NCBI RefSeq assembly: GCF_009914755.1
Contig: NC_060934.1
Reading direction: 5' to 3' (one strand)
DNA from: the human T2T-CHM13v2.0 reference genome, Homo sapiens
Length of the DNA: 64,000 nt
Below the pieces are notes generated by a model that worked only from the letters and a program-made list of their open reading frames with translations, was not told the DNA's origin and did no database searches. Shown in pieces: positions 1 through 12,009 of this stretch. The translations under genes were made by a program, and so were the position numbers. How positions within the stretch are numbered: the stretch's first letter is position 1; each line of letters starts with the position of its first letter.

Positions 1-250
<250 letters not shown>

Positions 251-479
251 AATAGACAACCAAAAAATCCCAACCCTCAAAGTGCTTACTCCCTAGTGGA
301 GAAACATAAGGTCTAATTATGTCCCTCCTTTGCTCTAAAACCCTTCACTGTATCCCTACTGATGAAATTAAGAACAAAGTCTTGATCATTGTGTTCAAAG
401 CCTCATATAATCTACTTCTGTATTTACTAAACCACTAATAAGACACCTTAATGGGTCTTTTCTATTCTCTGCAATATGA

Positions 480-889
<410 letters not shown>

Positions 890-1029
890 TGGTTATGGAC
901 CTCTTTCAAGGTATAACTCAGTTACTAAATTTTACATAGAGCCTTTGTTGATCTTCTCATTTGCAATTAATTACTCTCTTCCATGATACTTTCTTATAGT
1001 TCTTATACTTCTTTTATAACACTTGGTTT

Positions 1030-1830
1030 AATAAATAGGTCAACATAGTCAACAAATCTTTATCATCTACTATATGCGGGACACCATGCTAAGAACTAGT
1101 CGCTGCCTTTCAGGTGCACAAATCTAGTGATAGACATAAACACAGTAGTTTATAGAGGTACCTAGGATAACACATGGATTGATGAGAGCAGCACTCTCAA
1201 TAATGATGAAGGAAGCATTCTTGAGTAGGTAACAATTGAGTATTACAGGATATATAAAAGTCAGCCAGGTGAAGAGAAGAGAAAAAGCTTATCAGGGACA
1301 GGTATAGCCTGAGCAAAGGTAAAGGTCCTTAAAGATTATTTGGTTATTAGTAAAAGTGTTAGGAGAGGCCTGATCCTGGAGGTCTTTGCTATGCCAAGAA
1401 ATGAGCTTAACCCTATAGACAACTGGGAGTCATAGAAGTTAAGAAAATGAATGATACAATCAGTCCATTATATCAAACCGGCTGTGGAGTCTGCACAATG
1501 GATTTGAGGAGATGACAAGCAGAAATAGAAGCATTAAATGGTCACAGTAATAGTCCACAGAGAGATGAACAGTGTTGAAACTAATGCAATGGCAGTCAGG
1601 ATAAAGAAAAACCACAGACTTAAGGACTCTATAATAGAGTAACCTGGGTAGGAGGATGACTGGCAGATGCTGGCAGGTGAAGGAAAGAGAACAATCTAGG
1701 CTGATGTCCTGGTTTCCAGCAGTGACAGCTGGCTAGATGATGGAGTTGTGAACTGAAATTGTCATTTCAAGGAGAAAGCCAGGTCAACACAAGGATGATG
1801 ATTTCAGCCTGGGAACTGCTGAAGGGCTCA
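1030..1830 (-). mobile_element. L2 LINE fragment
   Basis: Degenerate antisense L2-like motifs (caacaaatctttatcatctactatatgc...; gggagtcatagaagtt; gaaggaaagagaacaatctaggctgatg); boundaries approximate. Confidence 0.6.
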
Positions 1831-3289
1831 TAAAGAGCTCATTTCATTAGTATTTGTCCTATGCTTAATTACTTACCTGAATGTGTCTTTCTCACTAGAT
1901 GGTATGATCCTTGAAATATAAAAATATCTTACATATATTTTGTCCCTCAAAGGATCTAGCACAGTGCTTTGCACATAGTAGGGGCTCAACAGTTATTTGT
2001 TAAATAAATAGAGAAATAGAAGACTGGATAAGGTTTTGGCAGATCCCATTACGTTTCTGGGCCTTAATTTCCAAACCCATAAAATGAATATTTGCCCTAA
2101 ATTGTTTCTATATTCCTTTTTAACTTTAAAATTCTATGAAAGGGCCATGTTCTCTAAAAGGAAGAATTGTAGAATAATATGTTACTTTTATTGCACAATT
2201 TCTTGCATAAACAGCCATTGAAAATATGTCAAAACATGTGTGTGTAATACGAAGCTGAAAATAAAAGGAGACGTTTGAAATAGGAAGGCCATGATGCTCA
2301 CCCTATAAATTATGAAGCCTCAAACACTAAGAGATGAGGTTTAAAGCAAATAAAAATTTATCTAATTCATAGTCAAATGAAAATCAGTGCAGAGGAGCCC
2401 TGTGTGGAATTCAAACAGCAGGAAAATGTTTTTTGTTGTTGTTTTTGTTGTTGTTATTGTTATGTTTTATTTTTGTTTTGTAAGTGTGTGCCATTTTATT
2501 CAACCTTTTAAAATGATGCATTTTCCTTTTAATGGTAAAAGATGAAATATGATACCCTTAAACTTAGTTCTTCTCTAAAGAAATTGCTTGAAAAATAGTT
2601 TATGCTTAGCACATAGCACAGGCACAGATTCTAGTCTACATTTTTCAGGCATGAAAGACACACAAACAGACAAGTATAAGAAAGAAAAATGAAATCTCTC
2701 CTTCTAGAATACCACTGTACTGAATGGCGTATCAGGAAGACACCTGATGGGGCATGCTAAATGATCTGTCAGAAATAAGGTCTATAATGTGAAAATACAA
2801 CTAAAACAAGCCAAAAATTAACTCTGAGTTTTGAAATGAGGTTTTTAAAAATTAACCATATAAGAATAGAATGATTTAGCTAACAGAGGAAGTAGGATGA
2901 AGACTACAAATGTCTTGAACTTTTGTATTGTTTGGGAAAGTAAGATGCCATCCCCATGTAGATGCCTGCTGGGGTATGTCTGGAAGTCAGTGAGAGGGAA
3001 ACAACATTGTGTCAAATGTCTACCACATATAATAAGTACTTTACACGTACTGTCTCAACTGCTGTTCACAATAACTCTACACACATTTGTATGTGAAGAC
3101 ACTGAGGTTCAGTAAATTTAAATGTCCTGCCTCTGGAGGACACACAGTAAATTGTGTGTCAGGTAGAACTGTGTCCCATCTCAGACTTAAGCCACCATAC
3201 CATGACAACTTGAAGCCACTGTAACTTAAACTCAATATATCTGTTATGTAAGCTTTATAAAAGTATTTATAAAATATAATGAGCAGAAT

Positions 3290-3510
3290 ATAAGTTTGTG
3301 GAGCCAGTTGAAATTGTATTCTAATCAGCTCCATCACCTGACAGCTTTATGTCTTTGAACAAGTGACTTAATCCTCAAAGTCTTAGTTTCTTTGCCCATA
3401 AAGTGGAGATAATATAAAATCTATATTACAAAGTTGTTATAAGGAATAAAAGGATAAAGGGTATACAAAGCTGGCAAATAGGAAGGGCTCAAGAAATGTT
3501 AGCAGTTATT
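3290..3510 (+). mobile_element. MIR SINE
   Basis: MIR core-like tctttgaacaagtgacttaatcctcaaagtcttagtttctttgcccataaagtggagataat, ending aaatgttagcagttattatt. Confidence 0.7.
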
Positions 3511-4388
3511 ATTAGACATATCATTGGTGTTACCAATGTCACACTTGGGTTTCTTGAACTAAACCAACTGGCTGATTTCCCTGTGCTTTTTCAAACACCA
3601 GCCTTGTCCTGGAATGCCCCCATCTCTTCTTGTTCAACAGGAAAATTCTTAATTCATAATCTGAGACTCAGCTCAATTGTCTCATTCTCTGTATCACCTT
3701 TTCTGACCCTCCTCAATTTTGCTATAAAAATTTAAAGTTACAAATCATCTCATTTGTTCTTTCATTAATCTCTTCATATATTTCCACTATATCTGTGAGA
3801 CTTTTGTTGTCTTTTATTTATACTCTGCCTCATCTTTTACACTGACACTTCTTAAATCTGTCATTTGTATCTACTATAACACCTGAAACTCAATTAATGG
3901 ATGTGGGTAAAATGAATAAATGAAGAATTGTTAACCATACTTCTAATAAGTAATATTCAAGCTATATTATTAATACATTGAGTGTTTGTATTTTTAACAA
4001 AAATAATATCTATCCTATTAGTTATTAAATATTTTATTAAATCAGTGTTTTTATTCAAAGACTGCTGTTATTATTACCTATAAGTAGTACAATATAAACT
4101 TGGTATGAGGATAAAAATCTAACCTGTGAATCAGAAAATGGGGTTTCTAAAATAAGCTCTCTGGTTGACCTTAACTAGGATGAATCACCTCTCTTGTCCT
4201 GTCTCAAATGTCCTTAGCATGCATAAAAGGAGGCCATTACACTAAATGATCTTTAGGGTTCCTCTGAACTCTAACAGTGTGTGGCATTAGAGTTCTCTGT
4301 TGGTATCTAGTCTAGTAAATAACTAATTAAGTACTGAGAACACTACACTCCAGCTTGTTGCCTGTGTTCTCAGACCAGAGATACTCAC

Positions 4389-4450
4389 GCCAGAATACAG
4401 AATTTTAACCGATATTCACCAAACATGAAATAAACATTCATGGGTTTGCA
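4389..4450 (-). other. Candidate 62-nt internal exon of an unidentified minus-strand transcript
   Basis: Minus strand reads ttttctttttgtag|TGCAAA...TCTGGC|gtgagtat, a strong acceptor and donor in unique sequence. Confidence 0.5.
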
Positions 4451-4659
4451 CTACAAAAAGAAAATCAAATCATTTTTCTGAAGATGTTACTCACAGGTAT
4501 CAATATAAACTATGACTTTGTCTTTTAAAGGTGTTTCCATGAAGAGTCAATCATATATCTGAAATATAGATATCTAGGCCAAAGTTCATAAATCCTTCAA
4601 TATCAATTAATGATTAAATTGCACATTATGTCTTTACTGATATTTTAATTCCAAAACTT

Positions 4660-4900
4660 TTTTACTGAGTCACCATCAGAGGATCTGGAGTAAGATCTGA
4701 CTCATTCTAGAAATCCTTTTGGTTTTGTGATGCCTGACCCAGCAGCCAGCTTTAGAAAAGTGCCTACCCCTGAAGAAAGCAGCTGTGATGCTAATATAAA
4801 AGCGTCTGTACGAACGTGGAGAAATGCAATATTTTATGCTGTCGATTACACTGTGAGCTCCTGTGAGCTCATATGGCAACGACTTTGTCTACAATATTCA
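4660..4900. promoter_or_regulatory. Candidate enhancer/promoter: two AP-1 sites, E-box and TATA-like box
   Basis: TGAGTCA 4666-4672, TGACTCA 4698-4704, CAGCTG 4780-4785, TATAAAAG 4795-4802, plus several retained CpGs. Confidence 0.4.
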
Positions 4901-6486
4901 AAACCACTACCAGAGTCTAATAAGCAATGACATAGCATTACACACATAGACCAAATAAATTATTTTCCCGCTTTTAAATAGAATCACCATTTTCTGGCAA
5001 TTTTTCTGTCTCCACCATGTTTTTGGAGATAGAGAATCAGAAAACCACTGATCTTGTAAAAATTTTATTGTCTGCCATTCCTCCAGTTTCTTAAGTCTAA
5101 TTCCTACTCTGTTTCCCAAGCCAGGTTTTCATAGTTTAATAATACTCAGTATGTCAAACTTCAGCCAACAGTGGGTTTTATGGCGTTTGAATAATAGACT
5201 GTCAAAGTATTTCCATAGCCTTTACATATGGCTATGGAAAGTCTATGAAACTTAGAACAGATAGACTTCCACGATTCTGGTTATTGTTTTCACTTTCACA
5301 GTGAACTGTAATCTGTGTCTTGAAGACATGTTTATTTTTAACACCATAAAATAAGAATACAATGGATGTATTCTTTGCTGATTAACATAAATATTTTCTA
5401 TCATTTCTTTCCTAAATTAGCACTTTCAAGGTTCATAACGTGAAGAGTTTCATATTCTAAAGCATGTGAGAAAGTTAAATTAAAGCCTCCACTTTAAAGA
5501 AACTTGGCATATAAAAATTTTTCCTTCAAGATAGTAGGTAATAATTTTCTTTACAATAGGATGCATAAATATATTCTTTTATAGCAGTCCTCTTAGCCTA
5601 TTGAAAATATTATTTGTTATAAAACTTGATTTGTGCAGACATCTTAAATTTTTAAAAATCTCTTAAACAGGATCTAACTTATATACTGTCAGAAGAAATA
5701 CAGATCTATATGGCATTACTTGAGAGGTACCAGTGGCTTCTACTCAAAGATAGTCTCTCCCTTTTTTCTTCCATTGCCAGATTCTAATATTTGAAAATCT
5801 CCATCTAATATTTGAAAATTTCCACTCTTCTTTATTTCATTAAAAAACTTTAGCTTTAACTAAATACATATAGGGCATTCCTCATTTCTGTGCCAGACCA
5901 AGATAATGATTTTCAAAAGAAATAATCAAAAACCACTACTTGGCTCTGAATAAAACCTCACATCCATAATAAAGGTATAAAGGTCAAAACATGTGGAAAT
6001 TAGGGAAGGTTTATTGGAGAGGACTTATATAAAGAATCTGGAATTCCCATTCTCCTCCCTACTTTCTCACTCCATAGTCTAGAAAGAGACACTTCAATGG
6101 AACATTTAAAAGCAAAGTCCCTGGCAGCTGAGATTCAGTGGACACTTGTGAACTCTCTCCCAAGAAATCTAACTAGTGAAAGGAGGTCGGCTACTTGCTG
6201 ATGAATAAGCAGAAAAAGATGTGAATGAATTCCAACATTTGAGCATTTTTCATGGTCCAGATATGGGCCTTATGCTAAAGACAGCTGGTCTGGGGTCACC
6301 TTGTTTTTTTGTTTGTTTGTTTTGTCCAAGGCTATTGCCTAGATCAGTAAAATAGAGAAAAGCTACAAGGAGTTATAGAAACATCTGGATTTCATAAATA
6401 AGCAGTCAGCTGCAGAAGAAGATATCACTCACATTAAGTGAACTGCAGGTCAGATGCAGACCTCCAAGGAACCCTCAAAATCACCT

Positions 6487-7035
6487 GTGACATCAACTTG
6501 ATTGGGTTAAAAGATACCTAGGTAACTGGTAAAACATTATTTCTGGGTATTTCTGAAGCTGTTTTCAGAATAAAATTCGCATCTGGATAAGTAGACCCAG
6601 TAAAGAACAAAATGCCTCCACCAAGGTGAACAGGCATCATCTAATCTGTTGAGGGGCTGGGTAGAACAAAAAGACAGAGGAAGGACAATTTTGCTCTCTC
6701 TTCTCCAGCTGTGACATGCATCTTCTCCTGCCCTCAGAGCTCTCCTGGTTCGCAGGCTTTCAGACATCAGGACTTATGCCAGCACCCTCCCTCACCCCTT
6801 AACCTTGTACTAAGCCTTTGGCCTTGGACTGGGAGTTACACCATTGGCTCCCCTGGTTCTCTGGCCCTCAGATGGGGACTGAATTATACCATTGGCTTCC
6901 CAAGTTCTCCAGCTTGCACACAGCAGATCATGATACTTCCTCACCTTTATAATCACATAAGCCAATTCCCATAATAAATCTCCTCTTATATATGTATCCT
7001 ATTCGTTCTGTTTATCTGTAGAATCCTGGCTAATA
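6487..7035 (+). mobile_element. MLT2-family (ERVL) solo LTR
   Basis: catcaacttgattgggttaaaagatacctaggtaactggtaaaacattatttctgggt near the start; aataaatctc...tcctattcgttctgtttatctgtagaatcctggctaata at the end. Confidence 0.85.
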
Positions 7036-7039
7036 TTTT

Positions 7040-7522
7040 ATCTGTGCCAGATTTTTTCCATTTGCCCCTTTGGATCCACTCATCACCTTTTTTCACCACA
7101 CTCTCTTCCCCCAACCCCCAGATATCACAAAAATTGTTCCATGTTTTCAGGTGAGCTTGTGCAAAGCAAGGGATAGGCAGGGAGGAGGAGAGTAGGGTTG
7201 AAAGATTTATTTTCTTGTTGCCATTCCAGGTAGTTGCTGTAAGTTGGTTGTGTCTGTCTACTGAAGACCACAACTCCTGGCAGAAGTCTTCTTCCTACAG
7301 CCACCCTGTCTTGTTCTATGACCCACTCCCTCCCCTTGATCCTACAGGCCTGGGAGTGGGCAGAGCTCCCTGTAGTTGCAGGCCTAGGGTCTTGCTCTAT
7401 CCCTTATTGAGTCCCTCAAGCCTTGTTCATAGCTATATAAATAGGCCCTTTAATATACTCTCCTCAAATTACCAGCTTGGGGCACTGTTTTTTTTTCTCT
7501 TGCTGGGACCCTAACTGATACA
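7040..7522 (+). mobile_element. ERVL-class LTR (LTR33/LTR16-like)
   Basis: 3' end ttgctgggaccctaactgataca is typical of LTR33-like elements. Confidence 0.6.
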
Positions 7523-8329
7523 GCAAGTTTATGGGAAAAGTCAGCCTTCAGAAACCTGAGAGCTAGAAATAACTTTTATGTTCCCTTCAGCTCTCCTTCC
7601 TCCTCTTGCTTCTACCCCAGAAAAGGGGAGAACAATAATAAAAAGCAATTAAGTTCTCTTTCAACTGCTGGTTTCCTACCTACAATAGGTCTAAGCTGTG
7701 GAAAATCAGCCCAATTGAAATCAAGGTATAAGTTTTGACAGTTATATTCTAGTTATTGATTAGAAGAGAGGGACTGGCACAAAAGACTGAAGGTAACTAG
7801 AAAAGTTTGGCCATTGATTGACTTTTCAGCCAGGGTGAAGGGAATAATTTACCCAACTGTATAAAATCAATGAGACAAGAAACAAAAATATAATAACTTC
7901 ATTTTACCTGTTTTTTAAACATCTTAGTTATTTTAGTTTTAAATTCCAAAAGCTACCTTGGAAACATCCCACATATGAAATATGCATTATTGGGGGAAAA
8001 TACAGTAGAAAGAAGAGAGTTTGTTAAGAAATATGTAGAATATTGACCATTCTTAGAGGGCAGGCCTGACAGTGGTGTTCAAGTCAGTTAAGTGGAAAGA
8101 AGGGCATGAAAAGGAGGACAACCTAAGGGCAAAGTCCAACTCTACAGCGCTGTCTCAGACTTACTCAGAGCCCTGATCACAGGATGATGCAAATTTAAAA
8201 TTCACAATGCAACTTCAAAGAAAATCCTTCTCTATTCAAAGTGATATTCCTAAGACTAATTCCAAGTACATCTTTCTAAGTTCCTTTTTTCCTGCAAAAT
8301 ACTGATGTGGAGAAAAAATTAAAACCTCT

Positions 8330-8520
8330 ACTTAGTGAGTCAGAGGAGAGGCGATTCCTACTCCTAACTTTTCCACTTCCTAGATGTGTGAACTTAAGCA
8401 AATCACACAGTTTCTGTGGGTCTCAGTTTCCTCTTCTGTAAGATGGCGTGTAGAAACAGATGTGTTGATGTCTCGATCAGATCTGATCACTATGTACTAA
8501 ATGTTACTATTGGTGGTGTT
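8330..8520 (+). mobile_element. MIR SINE
   Basis: ccacttcctagatgtgtgaacttaagcaaatcac...tctcagtttcctcttctgtaagatgg MIR core. Confidence 0.75.
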
Positions 8521-8589
8521 CATTGCCTCTTGGTGGTATTTCCCTACAGGAAAGAGCATTTTTATTTTACTCTATAAGAGAAAATATTA

Positions 8590-8919
8590 TTAGAGTAATA
8601 CCCCCTGGTTCGCTGGTCTGTCTGGGTAGCACAACTTACTTAGGGGTTGAGGTTGGACAGAAGTTGGAGACGACTTATTCACAGCTTTATCGCTATTGGG
8701 CTTTTCTCTTTCTCCTTCTGCCTCTGTCTCTCCTTCCTCTCCGGGAAGTGCTAAATAAGTTGTCTTTAATGTAGGGAGGAAGGAGTAGCAAGCCCCTTTA
8801 TGACCAAGACCTATCCCCTTGTCTAGTTTTGTTAGTTCTAGTTCCTGTAGTTCGAAGGGGAGGAGGGGCAAGTGACAAGCCACAACTAACGCACAGAAGT
8901 CGGTAGAAATTGGTAGCAA
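8590..8919 (-). other. Compositionally atypical block with a 109-codon open frame (TTG start, no recognised homolog)
   Basis: ORF track 8590..8919; TpA-rich and ApT-poor; 42-nt pyrimidine tract 8701-8742; matches no repeat I recognise. Confidence 0.35.
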
Positions 8920-9480
8920 AAGATATTCTTGTTTTCATTTCAACCAGCAAGATTTAAAATGAAGTATCATTCTGGTTACAGGACTTATAATAGATACATG
9001 TTTCACCACATCCTTGCAAAAATGCAGATTTAGTGAGTGATTCTTCTACAATCAATGTGCAGAGATTTCTAAAGTAATTCAGTAAACTTTAATTAATGTT
9101 ATTGAACAGAGCCTGGAGAACACCCATGTATCTGAGAGACAGAACTAAATACTGTCTATGCAAAAAGAATCTATAAAATAACCATTTGAAACACACTTAT
9201 GTATCCAAAGCTGTTACTACCACTATTTTACCATGTTTTCAATAAATATATATGCTATTCTTCATCTTAGGTTTACAAGTCAAACTAGGAAACATCTATG
9301 TTTCATTATTAATTAGCACTGAACAAAACTCAGTAAATTTCACTTAATCAATGATATCATCTAGTTTGATTCAGAGGGGTTCAGAATCTTAAGTGTTAGA
9401 CTTTTATTTCTTTAATGACCACCACCCTCCTTCCCAAGGGTCAACGTTCCCCCTCACTGAGTGGGTGCAAACTGACATAC

Positions 9481-9692
9481 CCATCAGAAAAGATGGGCAT
9501 TTGGAGAGCCATAAACTAAGCCTCTCTGAGCAGGGTGATTTGGACAGGGTGCTATATATCAGTTCCAGGCGCCAGGGAGGACTGATACAGCAGCACAAAG
9601 CTCCCGATGAAGCACAGCCCAGTTGCAGGAGATTGCTGTGATGATAATCGCCAGAACAAACCATAAATTCTGGACTCAGAATTAGGAATGGC
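9481..9692 (-). other. Candidate 212-nt exon of an unidentified minus-strand transcript
   Basis: Minus strand reads atttgatgtttacag|GCCATT...CTGATGG|gtatgtcagt; higher GC than flanks, unique sequence, retains CpGs. Confidence 0.45.
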
Positions 9693-10385
9693 CTGTAAAC
9701 ATCAAATAATGGGTGTCTAAATTGAAAATGAAACTATCTGTTGCCTGTAATATTTCTTGCAGTGTGGCTCAGAGAGCCAGTAACATTCGAGACAAGCGTG
9801 ATCTTTTTCAATGTCTGTTGTTAGAAAGCTGAGGATATTAACTCCTCCTTCCATCAACCCCAGGGAAACAGAGCTAAATGAACTAGCTAGAAATCATGGG
9901 ACATAAAATATAGATTTAACATTATGCAGCAAGAACATTACAGGTTAAAAAAAAAAGAACAGAGAAATACAAGTACTGCATTGAAGAACCATACTGGCGA
10001 GCACTGAAGGAACAGGCTCAAATAGTTTACTCAGGGCCCTTTCACACTCACTCATATACATTATAAAATGAAACTTGACTTTCTTGCATCTGGTTTAAGG
10101 GGGTGCCAGTCAACCTGGTGAGAATCTAGATTATACAACCACAGACATGACATTTGGGGATCCATAATAATTGCAGATTGGGAGATAGGTACTTGATGGA
10201 TTTTTTAAGGCACTTTATTAAATAGGAAGAATCGTGTCTAATAAGCACAGTTTTAATTTAGTAAGATCTTTTGTTATAATAACAAGTGCATTGTTACAAG
10301 TGTTACAAGTACATGAACAAATATTTTTCTCCTGCCATTTTATAAATAAAACATATTTTTGCTCTATTTATCTGCTTACTAAACC

Positions 10386-10699
10386 TTTTTTTTTGTTTAT
10401 TTGTTTGTTTTGTTGTTGTTTTTTAAGTCTCACTCTTCTCGCTGAGGCTGGAGTGCAGTGGTGCGATCTCGGCTCACTGCAACCTCTGCCTCCTGGGTTC
10501 AAGTGCTTCTCCTGACAGCCTCCCGAGTAGCTGGGATTACAGGCATGCATCACCACGCCCGGCTAATTTTTGTATTTTTGTTAGAGACAGGGTTTCACCA
10601 TGTTGGCCAGGCTGGTCTTGAACTCCTGACCACAGATAATCCACCCGCCTCAGCCTCCCAAAGTGCTGGGATTACAGGTGTGAGCCACTGTGCCCGGCC
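10386..10699 (-). mobile_element. Alu (AluS-type)
   Basis: T-rich tail then reverse Alu body ending gagccactgtgcccggcc. Confidence 0.95.
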
Positions 10700-11360
10700 A
10701 CCTTTGTTCTTATCAAAAGAAATGAAAGCCAAGATGCATAGATTAATGACATCTAAATTCACGAAAATTTACCAAATTCATGAAATTACTGTTACTCCTG
10801 CTAAATCAATGTACACATATACTCCATTTGACCAAGATCTTTTTTTATATATAATAACTTGTGGAAGAACAGAAGATATTGATTCTTGTGGGTTCTAGGT
10901 ACTGTAATTAATAGAATATTTTCCATGTGAGTATAGGCGGATATTGTGTATGAAGTAGTTAAATAGTAATGTGACGTGGGGATAGTGATATTCAAAATGT
11001 TTAACAAACAGAAGTGCAGAAGTGCCTGAGCACCAGCACTCCCCTGCATGGACAAGGGGCATTTGGGAGCTAAGGGCAGCAAGATAGGATCTATTTGAGT
11101 ATCATCCATAGAAAAGTATGTATTTAAGAAATCAGTGTTCAGGTAGGGCAGGATACTGAATGTTAGCTCAGCAGTACTCTCGCTGAGCAATTGCTGATGG
11201 AGGAGTGAAGGGAAAATATATTAAAAATGACACAGAGGACATGCAAGGCATAACGGGGTGCTCTTTATAAACATTGTGCCTCAATTAAGAGGTGTCTCAA
11301 TGAAAAGAAAATTCCCTATCTCCAGGACTATGACTCTATAGACTAAAAATACTCAAGTTA

Positions 11361-11688
<328 letters not shown>

Positions 11689-12009
11689 CCGTTTCTCAAT
11701 TAACAAGTAAAGGTGTAGCCAATATGTTGCAGAGAATATGAGAGACAAAGGCTAAAGAGTATCAATAATATAAACAACAATAATATCAAATGTTAATGGT
11801 TTACTTATAATGTGCCAAGGCCTGGACTAAGTAGTCTATAAACATCATTTTACTGAATGCTTTCAATGGCCCCATTAATTACTGGTAATTATATTTTTGT
11901 GGTATGCCATAACTAATCTTATTATATGAGTATATTATTCTCATCTTAGGATACAGGATTGGTCATTCCAACCACATATTTTAATCGTCCTAACAGAATT
12001 TGGACCAAA

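Noticed and set aside
1870-1882. Perfect minus-strand donor CAG|GTAAGT
   Set aside because: Within an L2 relic, with no convincing upstream acceptor
8475-8488. Perfect 14-bp palindrome gatcagatctgatc
   Set aside because: A few such palindromes are expected by chance in 64 kb, and it lies in a MIR relic
8523-8615. Two CTCF-like motifs (ccaccaagaggca, aaccagggggta on minus)
   Set aside because: Mismatches at core positions; cannot be supported without a PWM scan or ChIP
8590-8919. Reading the anomalous block reversed or complemented gives an Arg-rich peptide (KRERGRRRQRGRRG) reminiscent of Tat/Rev or delta antigen; ribozyme motifs were also sought
   Set aside because: The Arg run is explained by the purine tract, those frames contain stops, and no complete hammerhead or HDV-like core was found
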